From positions 248,001-312,000 of the forward strand of contig BCGN01000001.1 in assembly GCA_001599295.1 (NCBI GenBank): a stretch of DNA of 64,000 nt, in the 5' to 3' direction. The DNA is from Sporopachydermia quercuum. Lineage: Eukaryota. Of the stretch, positions 21,001 to 33,017 are shown one piece after another. How positions within the stretch are numbered: the first letter of the stretch is position 1; each line of letters starts with the position of its first letter. Both the position numbers and the translations under genes were made by a program. The notes under the pieces were generated by a model. It worked only from the letters and a program-made list of their open reading frames with translations, was not told where the DNA came from and made no database searches.

Positions 21001-24000
21001 CTCAACTTGAAAGTGCTATTTATAAAAAAAAGCTCTAGTTCTCCCTGTGAAATGAGCAAAGATTGTATAGTGTGTAGATTAAGTGTACCAATTGAACGGT
21101 TCGAAGTAAAATAGAAAAAAGTCCTCCTGTTCCGCGTAGCAGATTACTCTCTGTTAACCTAGATTACTATTGAAACTAACAATGCCAACAAGAAACGAAT
21201 CAAATATAACACACGAACGCTCAACAGTTCCCAAGTGTTGGTACAATTTCTGGTTGTAGTAACACCTGGATATCCTTACAGGGCTTCTACCAATAATTCG
21301 TTTATTCTTGGTTGATCATTGAATGAAAAAGAATGAAAGGGGAGCAAACAGGATAGCCTAGTAAAAGAAGACTTTGAAGTTGATCAGTAATAAATTAAGG
21401 TTAGTGTAAAAAGAAAACAATTGTAAAAGGTAAGAACTTTAATTTAAGGTTGTTTTATTGATAGCGATGAGTGTCTGGGGCCGGAGTGTAGATTAATAGG
21501 AGTAATAGAAGAGGAGGAATGTCTAAAATTGTTACAAATATTATATGCTTAAATTCAAAGAAAATATAATGCAACCTGTTGTGATTTTTGTTAATACATT
21601 ATTTGGAGAAGTATTTTTCATCGAGTTTCAATGTGTCAGTTATAAAGATTGATATCGGAGTAGACCACATTTTTCCACTAAAGGCAGGAGGTTCAGAAAG
21701 GAGATCCTATATATATTGTGGCAGAGAACAAAGCTAAAAGTAGGTATTACTTACAATGCTGTCTCAGATGAGATTCGATATAACGAACATTGTAAGTAAT
21801 GTAGTGGACGAATGACATTTTTGATACAGAAGATTGAACGAGAATGATTTGATTGATGAATATTTTACGAGATAACGGTGAAGTTTATTTTATCATTAAA
21901 CTGGAGCCAATTCAGTTCGTTCGTTGGGTCTAAACTTTGGACATTTGTATGTCCTTGGCTAGCCCATAACAGTGTGTATTCCATGCTAAAAGAGAATCAA
22001 ATTCTTTTTGGCTAACCAGTGAGAAAACAAGGATTTGCAGCTGGACTTCTACCATTGAGCAATTAGATCGCTGACTTACTTTTAAACGTTCAAAATTAAA
22101 AAAGTAACAAGATTTGTCGACAGTCAGTTTGTGGTTTAACATAATACCGTAGAACATTAATCTCTGCCTTAGAATAATTGCAAAACGTTTTAGGTTGATA
22201 TTCCATGCATTATTATGCGATTACATGTAATACTTCCTCGTTTACGCGGCTTCTGTGTCAAAGAATAGGGAGTATTCCTTAAAATCAGCATCATATGCCT
22301 TGAATTTGAACCTTTTCTTCATTGAAATTAGAGATTAAATTAGATTAAGTTAGCACTACTGAATACTTCGAAGTCATTCAATGGTTCAAAAATTCCTATC
22401 TATCATGGCTTGAAACAAAAAAAGAAGTCCATGCTAGAAAACCAAGGGCAAAATCGACTATAAAAAGTCACTCTTTGTTATTAAAAGCCGACGAATGTCT
22501 AATGGCTAATAACCAGTAGTGCTCTCGAATTCTATTACTTGTAACGAAAACTCGTTGCTCTCCGAAACTTATTTTCGCTTGGTCTTTACGTACAGTCTCT
22601 GCACGAGTGACTTTAAGATCCCGACTGAAGATCCAATAAAAGGTATACAGCAGGGGCAATAGTAAAAGAGATAACCAATTTATTCACATTGAACAGAATG
22701 GTTGTTTCATTAGTGTGTTTTTAGAACGGTATGCGTAAGACCGATTAGAAATGAACCCTATTACTACAAATAATTATGGGAAGCCTTTTCAATGGAAGCT
22801 CAGTTGCTACTTCGTGAGGATCATCGTTGACGCTAAGGTAATTCTTGACTATCTTCTACAAGCAGGTAGTCTTGGATGCTGAAAGTGCCAGAGGTATGTT
22901 TAAATGTACCACGTTGGCACATTTCCTGCTACTTCGCTAAATAAAATTGGTGTTCTATTTCGAAATGTTGGAAAACACACACACATCATTAACACCCTCA
23001 CTTACATATGACTCATCTCCAGAAAGAAAGAAGAAAAAAAGTTCTTTTATCAGGTTGCCTATGAAGTATAAACCGTTGCCTCAAGAAATGATGTGGAAAA
23101 TCACCAACTTTCTATTGCTCGTGATCCAAAATCTGATAGAAGATTTATTCGAAGATTACAAAGATGTATTCGATTATTCTCATCAAATGCTAGTATTTCT
23201 TTCCAATAGAGACTTGAAGTTGGAGACCTTTGAAGATACATTTGAGTTTATTAGACATAAATAAGGCGTAGATTATGGTTATTGCAATATAGAAGTACCG
23301 ACTGCGTCTCACGAATTGGTCATAGAAGCCGTTGAGAAAGTGAATTTGGGTGAGATAAAATATAAAAGATAATAAATGCAAAATTCGAAACTCTAGATAA
23401 ATAAATATGTAGTTGAATCGTACCATGTTTGTATTATACATGTCTCGCATTGCTGACCCACAAAGGAGCAACTTTCTCGGCGTTGAATACTTGGTTATCA
23501 GATTTATATATGGATTCTTGTTTAGTGATGCAATTTAACATTGTGTAAATCATTACAATAATCACAGCCCATTGATACTCCTTATAAATACCAGATACAG
23601 CAACCCTAAGTATAGAGTATACAGTAAACTCATGTTGAGTATGAGAGCTAAATAGAAGTTTTCAATTAGGTTTGACAGATTATCGTCACAGAACAAGATC
23701 GAATGAATACTGTAATATTATCACTGATTCTCTCCATATTTGTTACCTTCTCCGTTCAATATCTTACTGCTCTGAAACAGCCTCAACAACGACAACAGCA
23801 ATAAAGTTAATTAGCTAATTCTCAGACCGCACCAATTGGCCTAACTAGCTAGCTAGGTAATTCACATATGGTGACTACACCTAATTATATTGTAAGCGAA
23901 GAGACATAGAATATTATTCTTAGATATTCTCTTGAATTATACTCTTTCACAGTTGAACATTACAACCAAATTGAATCGTCTAATGCCTTGGTTCTAAGTA

Positions 24001-24612
24001 CTCATTTCAAGTTTATTCCAGTCGTTCCCCACCCTCTATTGTCTCTCCACCTTTCACTAACGCTTGTTTTGATTTAAGACATTCATACATATCTATGCAT
24101 TTTCATGCATTGATGATTGATCATGTATCAATAACAACCCAGTTTAAAGTTTGTACCCGAAATTGTCGTCATCCTTCTGTGTGTTNTTATTAATCCTTGA
24201 AGGTCAATTCTTAGGACGTTTCTTGCTTTTTATTTCTTTTCTTGTTTAATAACATAATAACAAGCATAGAACAAACACACAGGAAATTGAATCGCAAGTA
24301 ATTGACAGCAAAAAAAAAAATTACATTATAGGAAAGAATATATTTATATATATTTTTGAATATTAGCAACTAAGATATACGTGAGTTTGGTTGACTGAAA
24401 TTTTATGATAATATAAAAGAACTAAAGTTGGAGATAAAAGAGACCAGTACAAAGGTACCTAGTTGGAAATTCGACCCTCACCCCTTATTATGTTTTATCA
24501 AGGTAATCACGAAAAACAAGAAAACAGAATCTAATACAGAAAAGAAGATAAAATCTATTCTTGAAAAAACGTTAAGTTTGAGTTAAACGAACACTGAATA
24601 TTTATATTAGAA

Positions 24613-25260
24613 ATGAAAAGATATGATGGATCAGGAGGGCAATGTACTCTCCTGATAAGGCTTCCAACTGGAACGTCTACGCAACATGTGTTCTCAACCA
24701 GAGACACATTGGATGAAGTCAGAAAGTGGATAGATGTTGAGTACCCACTTGAATATGGTTATTCGTTTATGTTAACTTATCCAAAGAAAATGTTCACAAT
24801 TCAAGAAGAACAAATGACATTGGCGTCATTAGATCTTGCCCCACGATCAGCTATTGCGCTGTTGAAAGCACCTAAAACATATTCGGTTTACAGCAAATCG
24901 CCACTAGCTAGACTGACATCATACATCAGTTCTTACTTCTCGAAACCAGTGCATANATGCTCTCAATCACAGTATGGGCAAGGTAATAAATTGCAAGATA
25001 ATGCAGAAACTCACGATGATTACACATTTGATAACAACTTAGCTGATCACCAGTTTTCAATGGTTAATGCCTTTAATATTGTATCAAATCTACCTAGTGA
25101 GCGTTCAAGTCGTGCAACATCACCAGGACCTTTATCTTCAGCGTCACATACTTCTCTACCTGTACATCCTCTCCCTTCAAGAAGCTCCACGTCACAAGGA
25201 CTCAGTGGTAGTAGAGTTAGGACCTTGGAAGAACTGGACTCTGATGATTCGGAATACTAG
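24613..25260 (+). CDS. UBX-domain protein (Cdc48 cofactor, Ubx6/Ubx7-like C-terminal module)
   Basis: CTLLIRLPTG...HVFSTRDTLDEVRKWI...FMLTYPKKMF...TLASLDLAPRSAI is a UBX signature, followed by an S/P-rich tail ending RVRTL. The 5' end is uncertain (possible acceptor AG at 24610). Confidence 0.8.
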   Translation: MKRYDGSGGQCTLLIRLPTGTSTQHVFSTRDTLDEVRKWIDVEYPLEYGYSFMLTYPKKMFTIQEEQMTLASLDLAPRSAIALLKAPKTYSVYSKSPLARLTSYISSYFSKPVHXCSQSQYGQGNKLQDNAETHDDYTFDNNLADHQFSMVNAFNIVSNLPSERSSRATSPGPLSSASHTSLPVHPLPSRSSTSQGLSGSRVRTLEELDSDDSEY

Positions 25261-28200
25261 AAGGCTTGGTTATTGGGGGCAGGGTAATAGTGGTTCTATA
25301 TATTTATTTTTATTTTATTATTGGATTTTGAAGAACTGCATGGTTGTTATGGCGGCTATATCAATGTTCAGAGTTGTCTAAAATTAATTCATCAGCACAC
25401 AATCAATCATCTACAATAATACAACTCTACGGGAGTTGCGGTTATATTATATGTGAATATTCACCTTTTTAAATGAAATGAATTTATAACAATCATAGAA
25501 ATGCTCTCCTGATTAGATTATCACGGATCATGTGCCTTATTACCTTTATCGTTTTCCTCTATTCTTATCATCACGTACACATTTCTCACCGCTTTCCATT
25601 TCAATATTATTGTTCTATCTGCCCAAAGGTTCACAAGTATTGGTAGATCCAATCGTCTATTCATCTCACAAATCTAAGGACTCTTTTTTCTATTATGGTT
25701 TCTGGATTCAGCCAAATAACGGACAACTAAATCCAACAATGTAAATGCAATTACCAATGCCTGAATTGATCAGAAGTAGCAGATCTGTTTGATCGTGAAA
25801 TCGCAGGATATATTTCTCCCCAATTCTTCGAAGAATTAAAGCAAGACGACATATGAATATGTATTCTGAAACATAGATTACTGCTAATGGAACGGAATGC
25901 AAGTTCTATTTTGCACCTTGATTTTCATACATACTTCCAGGAAATTCAATCAAACTATTCTTTGAATCGTACCATGTTAGATTGAGTATAAGTGAATTTC
26001 TATGATTCTGCGCTTCTTGTGAAGGTAAACCATGAACAGTCATTAGAGGAACAGGAAAAGAAATAACAAGCAGGAAAGGTTTTTGAACTTTCGAGATCTG
26101 GAATCCCTGATTCAAAATCATTTCCTTCGAAGACTCCTTTTCTGATATATGTCCATAAATGTACACTTACAGGATATAAGCAAACTCTTCCAATTCAATT
26201 ATTTTTTTCTCCTTAAAATCAAAGTGACGCTTTTGATTGATAATCTGCTGAAAGAAGGAAAGATTTTTACCCTTATTTACTTTTCATTCCCCTCATAGCG
26301 ATAAATACCAACTTTCCACTGTAAGTGCAAAATTGTAGTAGAGACTTCGATTGAAAGATAGATTCTAAAGATTAGTAGCCATATGAATCCACTTTGGAAA
26401 ATCAGATGCTCTAATACCTGCTTTTAATGGATATATATTCAAATCGGGAATATAATAGGCTTGCAAGGTGCACACTAAGCTTAGGCCAACGGTATAGATC
26501 CTTTACCTGGAACTCCTACTTCTATGAAACCGCATATTCATCTGAATTAATCTGCGAAGCTTGCCATCATAATTTAGGAACAGGGCCTTTTGATTGTGCA
26601 CATCTTCCCGAATCAAAAACTGCACAGTCNTATTTATAAGTTTTAGCTATTTGAACAGTCAAAGCACTTGATCATTTTTCGAGATCAAGGTACACTCATG
26701 ATCAATGTTTTCCAAAAGATGGATGCTCCTCCTATATATGCTTCCTCTTCTTCAGTGATGCTCTATCTAGTTCATGGATGTGATTCGGGAGAAAGATCAT
26801 ATTGTTGGTATCTTGCAGCTTCTTCCCTAGCTTTGGTACGGTCTTTTGAGTGACATAAGTAACAGCGGTTAAAGCTCACTTAAATCAAGAAAGTTTCTCT
26901 ACCACAATGTACCTGACGTAACATGCAAAAACCATTTCTTTCTATCATAATTTCTTGAAAATGTCTGTCAATAAAACAAGGTTGTTGTTTGAACCGAGCA
27001 ACTTTTCATTTTGGCCGCAGGTTCAGCAATTTCATGAAGCTGACTCCCCTCTCGTTCTTTTTCACAATCAGAAGTTTCACTCTGAATGTTTATAGCATTT
27101 TTTAAGGGGAGATAAACTGTGTTAAGAGCGCGGGATTCTTCTAAAGTTATGGTGAGGCCCATCATTACAAAGAACTTCAAAGAGTGCATTCAAATATTAG
27201 AAATAGTGACCTGAATCTCTGGTATTGGATTCGGATCGATCTTTCTCTTGATTTATGCTCTTTTAGAGAACGAGAGAAAAGCGAACGCTAACAGAAACAA
27301 TTCTCAAGCCATAATTTCTTGCAATACTGTTTAATTTTCTTTCATTTTCGGACATCAGAGCTACTCATCTATCAACAATAACTTAGCACGAAACAATCGG
27401 TGATTGAGCATTAGAAATAACGTTAACGTTTGTAAAACCTTATCTAATTGTGATTCTAAAGTATTTCTTACTTATTTCAAGCAGATCATTCTGTTGAAAA
27501 TCGCATCTCCATTGTTTCACTAGAATCCCTCTAATTTGAATATGTTTTCACTACAGAACATTTTACTATATTCTGATCCAAAAGTCCATATCTACCCAAT
27601 CATATTCGAAGATTGTCCTCTTTAAGGATTGTTTTATCTCAAAGATACTAGTTCAAGATAGTGAAATCAGTCAAATACGAGATTGTTCCATCAATGGCTA
27701 TATAGCAGATGAACAGAAATAAACTCATACTTATTCCATTAAAGCTAAAAAGGGATCTCATGTTCCCAGTAAAATGAGGGAAGAATAACCAAAATCAAGC
27801 GGTTTCATAGCATAGAAGATATACTAAAGCAAAGTTCATTTAGTTTCTGGAGAAATATATGTATGACTTCTCTCCTTCTAAAATCAATCATCATACATGT
27901 ATGATTCTCTAATTATGATTCTTCTTAGAAACTAAGGTATAAGCATAGTTATCTGTTATTTACTCAAGCATGGAAGCATTGATATAGGAGCTTTAGAGAA
28001 GAAGGAAGGAGATAAAGTTAAAAGAAATTAAAACATATAGCAATTCGCAGCAATTTCTTCATGAAAGGGACATCTTAAGAAGCCACCGCTTCCCACGTCG
28101 GAATCAAACTCCTGGTATTTCCCACTTTTCTGTTTGATGTTCTCTAAAGAAATATAGAGCTTCTGGTTATCCATGAAAGAGCATCGTCTCTCCAGGTTAA

Positions 28201-28533
28201 ATACTTTTGGTACATCGACCTTTCTTATCCTAATTACTATCTATCTCTTAAGTTTACATGGCGTATCATTTCATTATTTTATCAAATCTCAAATCATACC
28301 AGTTTNAGAGTACTTATAATTATTTCCAGTGCATTTTCCAGTTACCCGGAGCTTAGATAAGCCATCGTCTTCTGTATTATTAACAAAGTACAATCTTCTT
28401 TTACTACATCTTCGGGTCTAATAAATGGTTGATTGATTGTTTATTTGATAGCTCATATATTGACGTTAGATTGAGCGCTAAATGTATAGCTAGTGAGCTT
28501 AGTCTGGAAACTGATTGTATATAAGAACTCATA

Positions 28534-29053
28534 ATGGCATCAAAAACTGACTCTGAAAAACCAAAAGAGGCAGCTCACACTTCTCGATCCTCAACCAAGG
28601 CCCGTAATGCTGCTCAACAGGCATTGAGAGATGCTATTCTTGCCAAACATATCACATCAAATGGACCCAAGGATAAACCAGTAGCTGATCCTTTGGATTT
28701 TGAATCATATCCAATAGAGTCTTTACGAAAGTACCGAAGAGCATATGATCTAGATGTTCCATCGGCTATGTCCCCCTACGGATCTATCCTTGGTAGTAAA
28801 GTTGGAGAAAAGACATATAGCTATAAACATAGGGCAAGAGTTGAGAAGAAAGTCCTTGCTGATGCTGTGAAAAAGCATTTCAACAGTTATCCTGTAAGGG
28901 AGTCAGATGTGATTGTTGATTTTATATATGCTGTTCAGAACCAAGGTAAGTTGAATTTCTGCATGAAGTTGTTAATAGATGAGATTGAAAGAATAAATAC
29001 TAACGNTGCTTTTAGACAAGGCATTCAAATTACAATTTAGACCTTTTCAGTAA
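28534..29053 (+). CDS. SAP30: Rpd3L/Sin3 histone deacetylase complex subunit Sap30, 2 exons
   Basis: DPLDFESY...LRKYRRAY...LADAVKKHFNSYPVRESDVIVDFIYAV. Exon 1 28534-28945, intron 28946-29015 (GTAAGT...TACTAAC...TAG), exon 2 29016-29053 gives QDKAFKLQFRPFQ*. Confidence 0.9.
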
Positions 29054-29245
29054 GCAAAAGGAAAAACGATAGGTGACTCAACATCATAATTTATGTAAAT
29101 ATGAAAGTTACAGAAAAATGTTATTAATGATAAGTGGATTACGGTGTTCAAGATGCAAGGTGCAGGGTTTTATAGTACACAGTTCTCTTGAATAATCTAA
29201 ACAGATATATATATATATGGTACAAATACAAGCAATAATTTACAA

Positions 29246-30670
29246 CTACTCCTTATTTTTAGCATAGCAATCCACAAGAACGTGAACTTTGGTATCATGA
29301 GCCAAAGTATTTGATAGAACAACAGTTCGAAAACCGGTTTCTTCAATCATTTTGCTTAATTGAACAAATTCAACGGATGAGATCGATTTGCTGGTTTCTA
29401 ATTGAACCAAAAACTCCATAATCTTTTCATTTTCAGCTTTCCTTTCAGGTGAGATTTCAGCTTGACCTAACTTCTCACCATCTTCATTCACTTCTTCTTG
29501 TTGAGCGACAGTTTCCTCAATGCCTCCATCAGTGTTCAATTGATTTGAACCAGTAGTACCAGCACCAATCATTCTTGGGTCAATTTCAAGAGGATCAGCA
29601 AATGAAATACGGTGATGAGAAGGCTTCAAAACTTTGGAGTAAGCAGATGTCCATTTCTTAGCTCTCTTTTTAGCGGGAGTGCCATCAGATTCTGGCGTAG
29701 ATTCTTTGATTGAAGGATCTACTAATGAAGATCTTCCATTGGCTGGTGAGCTCAGTAATAAAGATCCACTAATTGAATTGGTAAGGGCTCTTGTGGGTCT
29801 GAAATGAAGGGATGAATTACCAGCACCTTGATTTGTGGAGCTGGCACTATCTTTTGAAGCTAAATCTAAAGAAGTAGATTCAGAAGATAATTGTTCAGAT
29901 TTTCCAATGGTAGAGGATGATGAATCAACTGCTCTTGTGGCTTCGTTTTGGGAGTCAATTCCAATCATTTGATGGAAATAGTACATATAGAAATTGCCAG
30001 GTCGTGAGAATTTTCTCACTGCATATGCTTTCTTTCTCATTTCTGGGGATGATTTAACGAATCTTTCCAATTCATTTACCCTGTCATCGTTTATAACGAA
30101 GCAACCATCAGCAGGATCCCATTTTTCAGATTGATCTTGATTTGCAATAATATCATTAGAAATAAAACAAAATACAACATATTCTTGAGCTAAATCCTTG
30201 ATCTTCTTTCTGATTGATTCTTTATTGAACTTCTTTGATTGAGGAAAAGTCTCAATCAAGTCAGCACAGATTTTATCATACAGTCCACGATTAACAGCAT
30301 TCAGATCATCGTCTCTGGTGTATTTGTGATATAATTGAATAAGCTTGATTATTTCATCTTGCGTATAAGGAGCTTTCTTTGAAACAGTGGTTGGCTCAGC
30401 GGCTGCCGCTGCTGCTGCTGCAACAGCAGTAGCTTCAGCTTGAGCCACTGCGCCAACAGGGCCATTACTATTTTCACTTTCGGCACTGGGGATAGCCGAA
30501 CTGCTACCAGTTCCAGTCAGAACGACTTCTGCATTAGGTGGGTTTTCAGCTTTTGCCATTTCTCCAATTGAGTTCGAATTTGAAGTTTCAGTACTTTTGC
30601 TGCCTGATTTGTTAGACTTTTGTGTTTGATTATCTGTCGTTGAGAACAGTTTAGCCGCTAGATTAAGCAT
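29246..30670 (-). CDS. Myb/SANT-like DNA-binding domain protein
   Basis: First ATG at 30670. YTQDEIIKLIQLY...LYDKICADL...FNKESIRKKIKDLAQEY...KWDP trihelix-type pattern, flanked by poly-Ala and Ser-rich low-complexity regions and an NLS-like PAKKRAKK. Confidence 0.7.
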   Translation of the reverse strand: MLNLAAKLFSTTDNQTQKSNKSGSKSTETSNSNSIGEMAKAENPPNAEVVLTGTGSSSAIPSAESENSNGPVGAVAQAEATAVAAAAAAAAEPTTVSKKAPYTQDEIIKLIQLYHKYTRDDDLNAVNRGLYDKICADLIETFPQSKKFNKESIRKKIKDLAQEYVVFCFISNDIIANQDQSEKWDPADGCFVINDDRVNELERFVKSSPEMRKKAYAVRKFSRPGNFYMYYFHQMIGIDSQNEATRAVDSSSSTIGKSEQLSSESTSLDLASKDSASSTNQGAGNSSLHFRPTRALTNSISGSLLLSSPANGRSSLVDPSIKESTPESDGTPAKKRAKKWTSAYSKVLKPSHHRISFADPLEIDPRMIGAGTTGSNQLNTDGGIEETVAQQEEVNEDGEKLGQAEISPERKAENEKIMEFLVQLETSKSISSVEFVQLSKMIEETGFRTVVLSNTLAHDTKVHVLVDCYAKNKE

Positions 30671-32228
30671 GATAAACAACTCCTGGTCTGGTTGGTATGC
30701 AATACCAACTCAAAACTCCACTAGACAAGACATGTCATAGATTAACAATTGAATAAACAAGGAAGAAAGACGAAAAGGCAAAGAGAATTGAAAATCAATT
30801 CAAGTTCGTCATCATAAGAATAGACGTAATTTGAAAACAGNTACTTCAAATATATAGTATTTTACTAATTTATAGTAAGAACAGCAATAATCAAGGAAGA
30901 ACAATGAATTTCCACCACTGACTTTATTAATCGGAGGATGGGATATATCATAATGGAAATAATGTAAACAAAGAAAGGAGATCATACCAAAGAGCGGAGG
31001 TCTTGCACTTTCGGCTCACCATTGAGATAACTTCTATATTCAGTTCATACTTACAAGAAAAATTGTAAAACGATATAATAAGCAAAGAATTTGTGCTTCA
31101 ATACTCAGTTTTATATATATATATTAAAACCAGGACTGTATTAAATTGTGCACTAATTCATTCTCTTCAATGTTAACCGGAGATTGAACAAAGGAAAGAA
31201 CGGAGGAAAAAGCGAGAAATTAATATAGGAAATGTTATGATTTGAAGTCGACTACATAACAACAAAGCGGAAACTACATCACGGGCAGAAAATCACATCA
31301 CTTCCTGTTCTTGCTGGCCAGCACAAAAATTATTTCCGCTTTTGGTTGTGTTAATTTGATTTTTGGGGATTGCGACATGATTTGTTACTAAAGGAAATTA
31401 CCAGGAAAATTACGGAAATAATATTGAAAACAATGAAATAGATTGAATGTGCATGTGATTGTGTGGATGATCATGATAAGAGTTTAACAATTGGTTAAGC
31501 CGGTTGCGTATTGAATACTTCTACTCTATACTTGTTGGACTTCGTTAATTTTACAATGAAAAGAAAAAGTATTCATTACTCATATAAGAGCTAATACCAA
31601 GACATTTATAGGTGGACTATGGACAAGAGAGTGCTCAGAAAGTGCATGTAGTATTATCGGTAGTTGAAAATGTAATCATTAAACTTCTCCGTAGTTGAAA
31701 AAAATAACTTCTGAAATAGTGTCACTTTTTTTGTTAAGATTATTATGGTAGTCATAAACAATGTCTGTTGGGTGAACAAGTAGATCGCATAAATAGATTA
31801 TGTGGTACTATCTCTGATGTTGAGATCGGCTTTGTTGATGACTCACTATAAGTCGTACCATAGTAAGAATCAAAGCATCCTCATAATACACTTCTAAGCT
31901 TCTATTCTACTATTCGTTAATTGTAACTCAGATTAGAACCATCAAAAAAAATAAACGCAGTCATATTTGATCAATAAACATGACTTCAAATTTGGAATAT
32001 CAAACTAGAAGGTCGCTTCCTAATTATGTAGTTTGCTAGAAAACGGTTTGTTGAAGGGTCCACTCGATCTGGCGTGTGCTCAATGGTATGTTCATTAATT
32101 CTGTTGGCGATAAATTTTATATGAAAATCTTTTCTTGTACGAAAATGAAGCTAATCCATATGTTCGCCATTTTTTGTCGACATCCATGGCGGTTATTAAC
32201 GAAAAGTAACACAATTGACTTAGGACAG

Positions 32229-33017
32229 TTATACGAACTCAACTGTTTCTATAACAGTATTTTCATGAGTAGGAAATATTCTTTTATTTCTTCTAAAGAC
32301 AACTTTTTCAAGTTTAGTCAAACTGGTGTTTTCTTTTCTTTCTTCCCCTGAAAGAATCTCTTTAGTCACACTGTTAGAGTAGGTCCCAACTAATGAATAA
32401 CTATTATGCTTCAAATCAGTATGTTCAACATCAATATCTTCGCCATTGTTGTTGTTCTTGTACAAAATATAATAATGCTCAATAGGCTCTTCCTTCACAA
32501 ATGCATCAACATATGTTTTGCTGACTCTTTGACTTAATAATGGACTGTTCATATCTTTACATTTTTTCTCTATATTCGAGTTTTCAGTCCTTTCCTCCAC
32601 TTTTTCCTCTTCTTCGTAACTAGTATCAACTATTTCTGTGATAAACTCTGGTTGTTGCATCCGACTAGGATAAATTTTTTCCTTATAACTATACTTATTC
32701 CTTGTCCTTAGTTTGTCTAAATATACGTACACTGAAGCTTTCTGTTCCTTATTGTCATCTCCTATCGCAGTGTCAAGTGTATTAATATACTCTTTCACGT
32801 CATCTGACAATTTAACTGAGCCTGTATTCGATTCTAAAGTTTCTGTTGTCCTGGTAAAGGAAATATATGAGTTTTCCCTTAGTCTTCCTAAGCTTAAGCC
32901 CGGCAGTAAAACAGAACTGCTCTTACTATTTGATGAATCAAAGGATGAAACCGATGATTTGTTGAATCTTCGTGAGTAGAGTCTTGGTCTTTTAAGGTAA
33001 TCTATTTCTTGACTCAT
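32229..33017 (-). CDS. Hypothetical protein, ~262 aa, hydrophilic S/E/K-rich
   Basis: Open frame of more than 780 nt in AT-rich DNA; ATG at 33017 (MSQEIDYLKRPRLYSRRF). No family recognised. Confidence 0.45.
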   Translation of the reverse strand: MSQEIDYLKRPRLYSRRFNKSSVSSFDSSNSKSSSVLLPGLSLGRLRENSYISFTRTTETLESNTGSVKLSDDVKEYINTLDTAIGDDNKEQKASVYVYLDKLRTRNKYSYKEKIYPSRMQQPEFITEIVDTSYEEEEKVEERTENSNIEKKCKDMNSPLLSQRVSKTYVDAFVKEEPIEHYYILYKNNNNGEDIDVEHTDLKHNSYSLVGTYSNSVTKEILSGEERKENTSLTKLEKVVFRRNKRIFPTHENTVIETVEFV

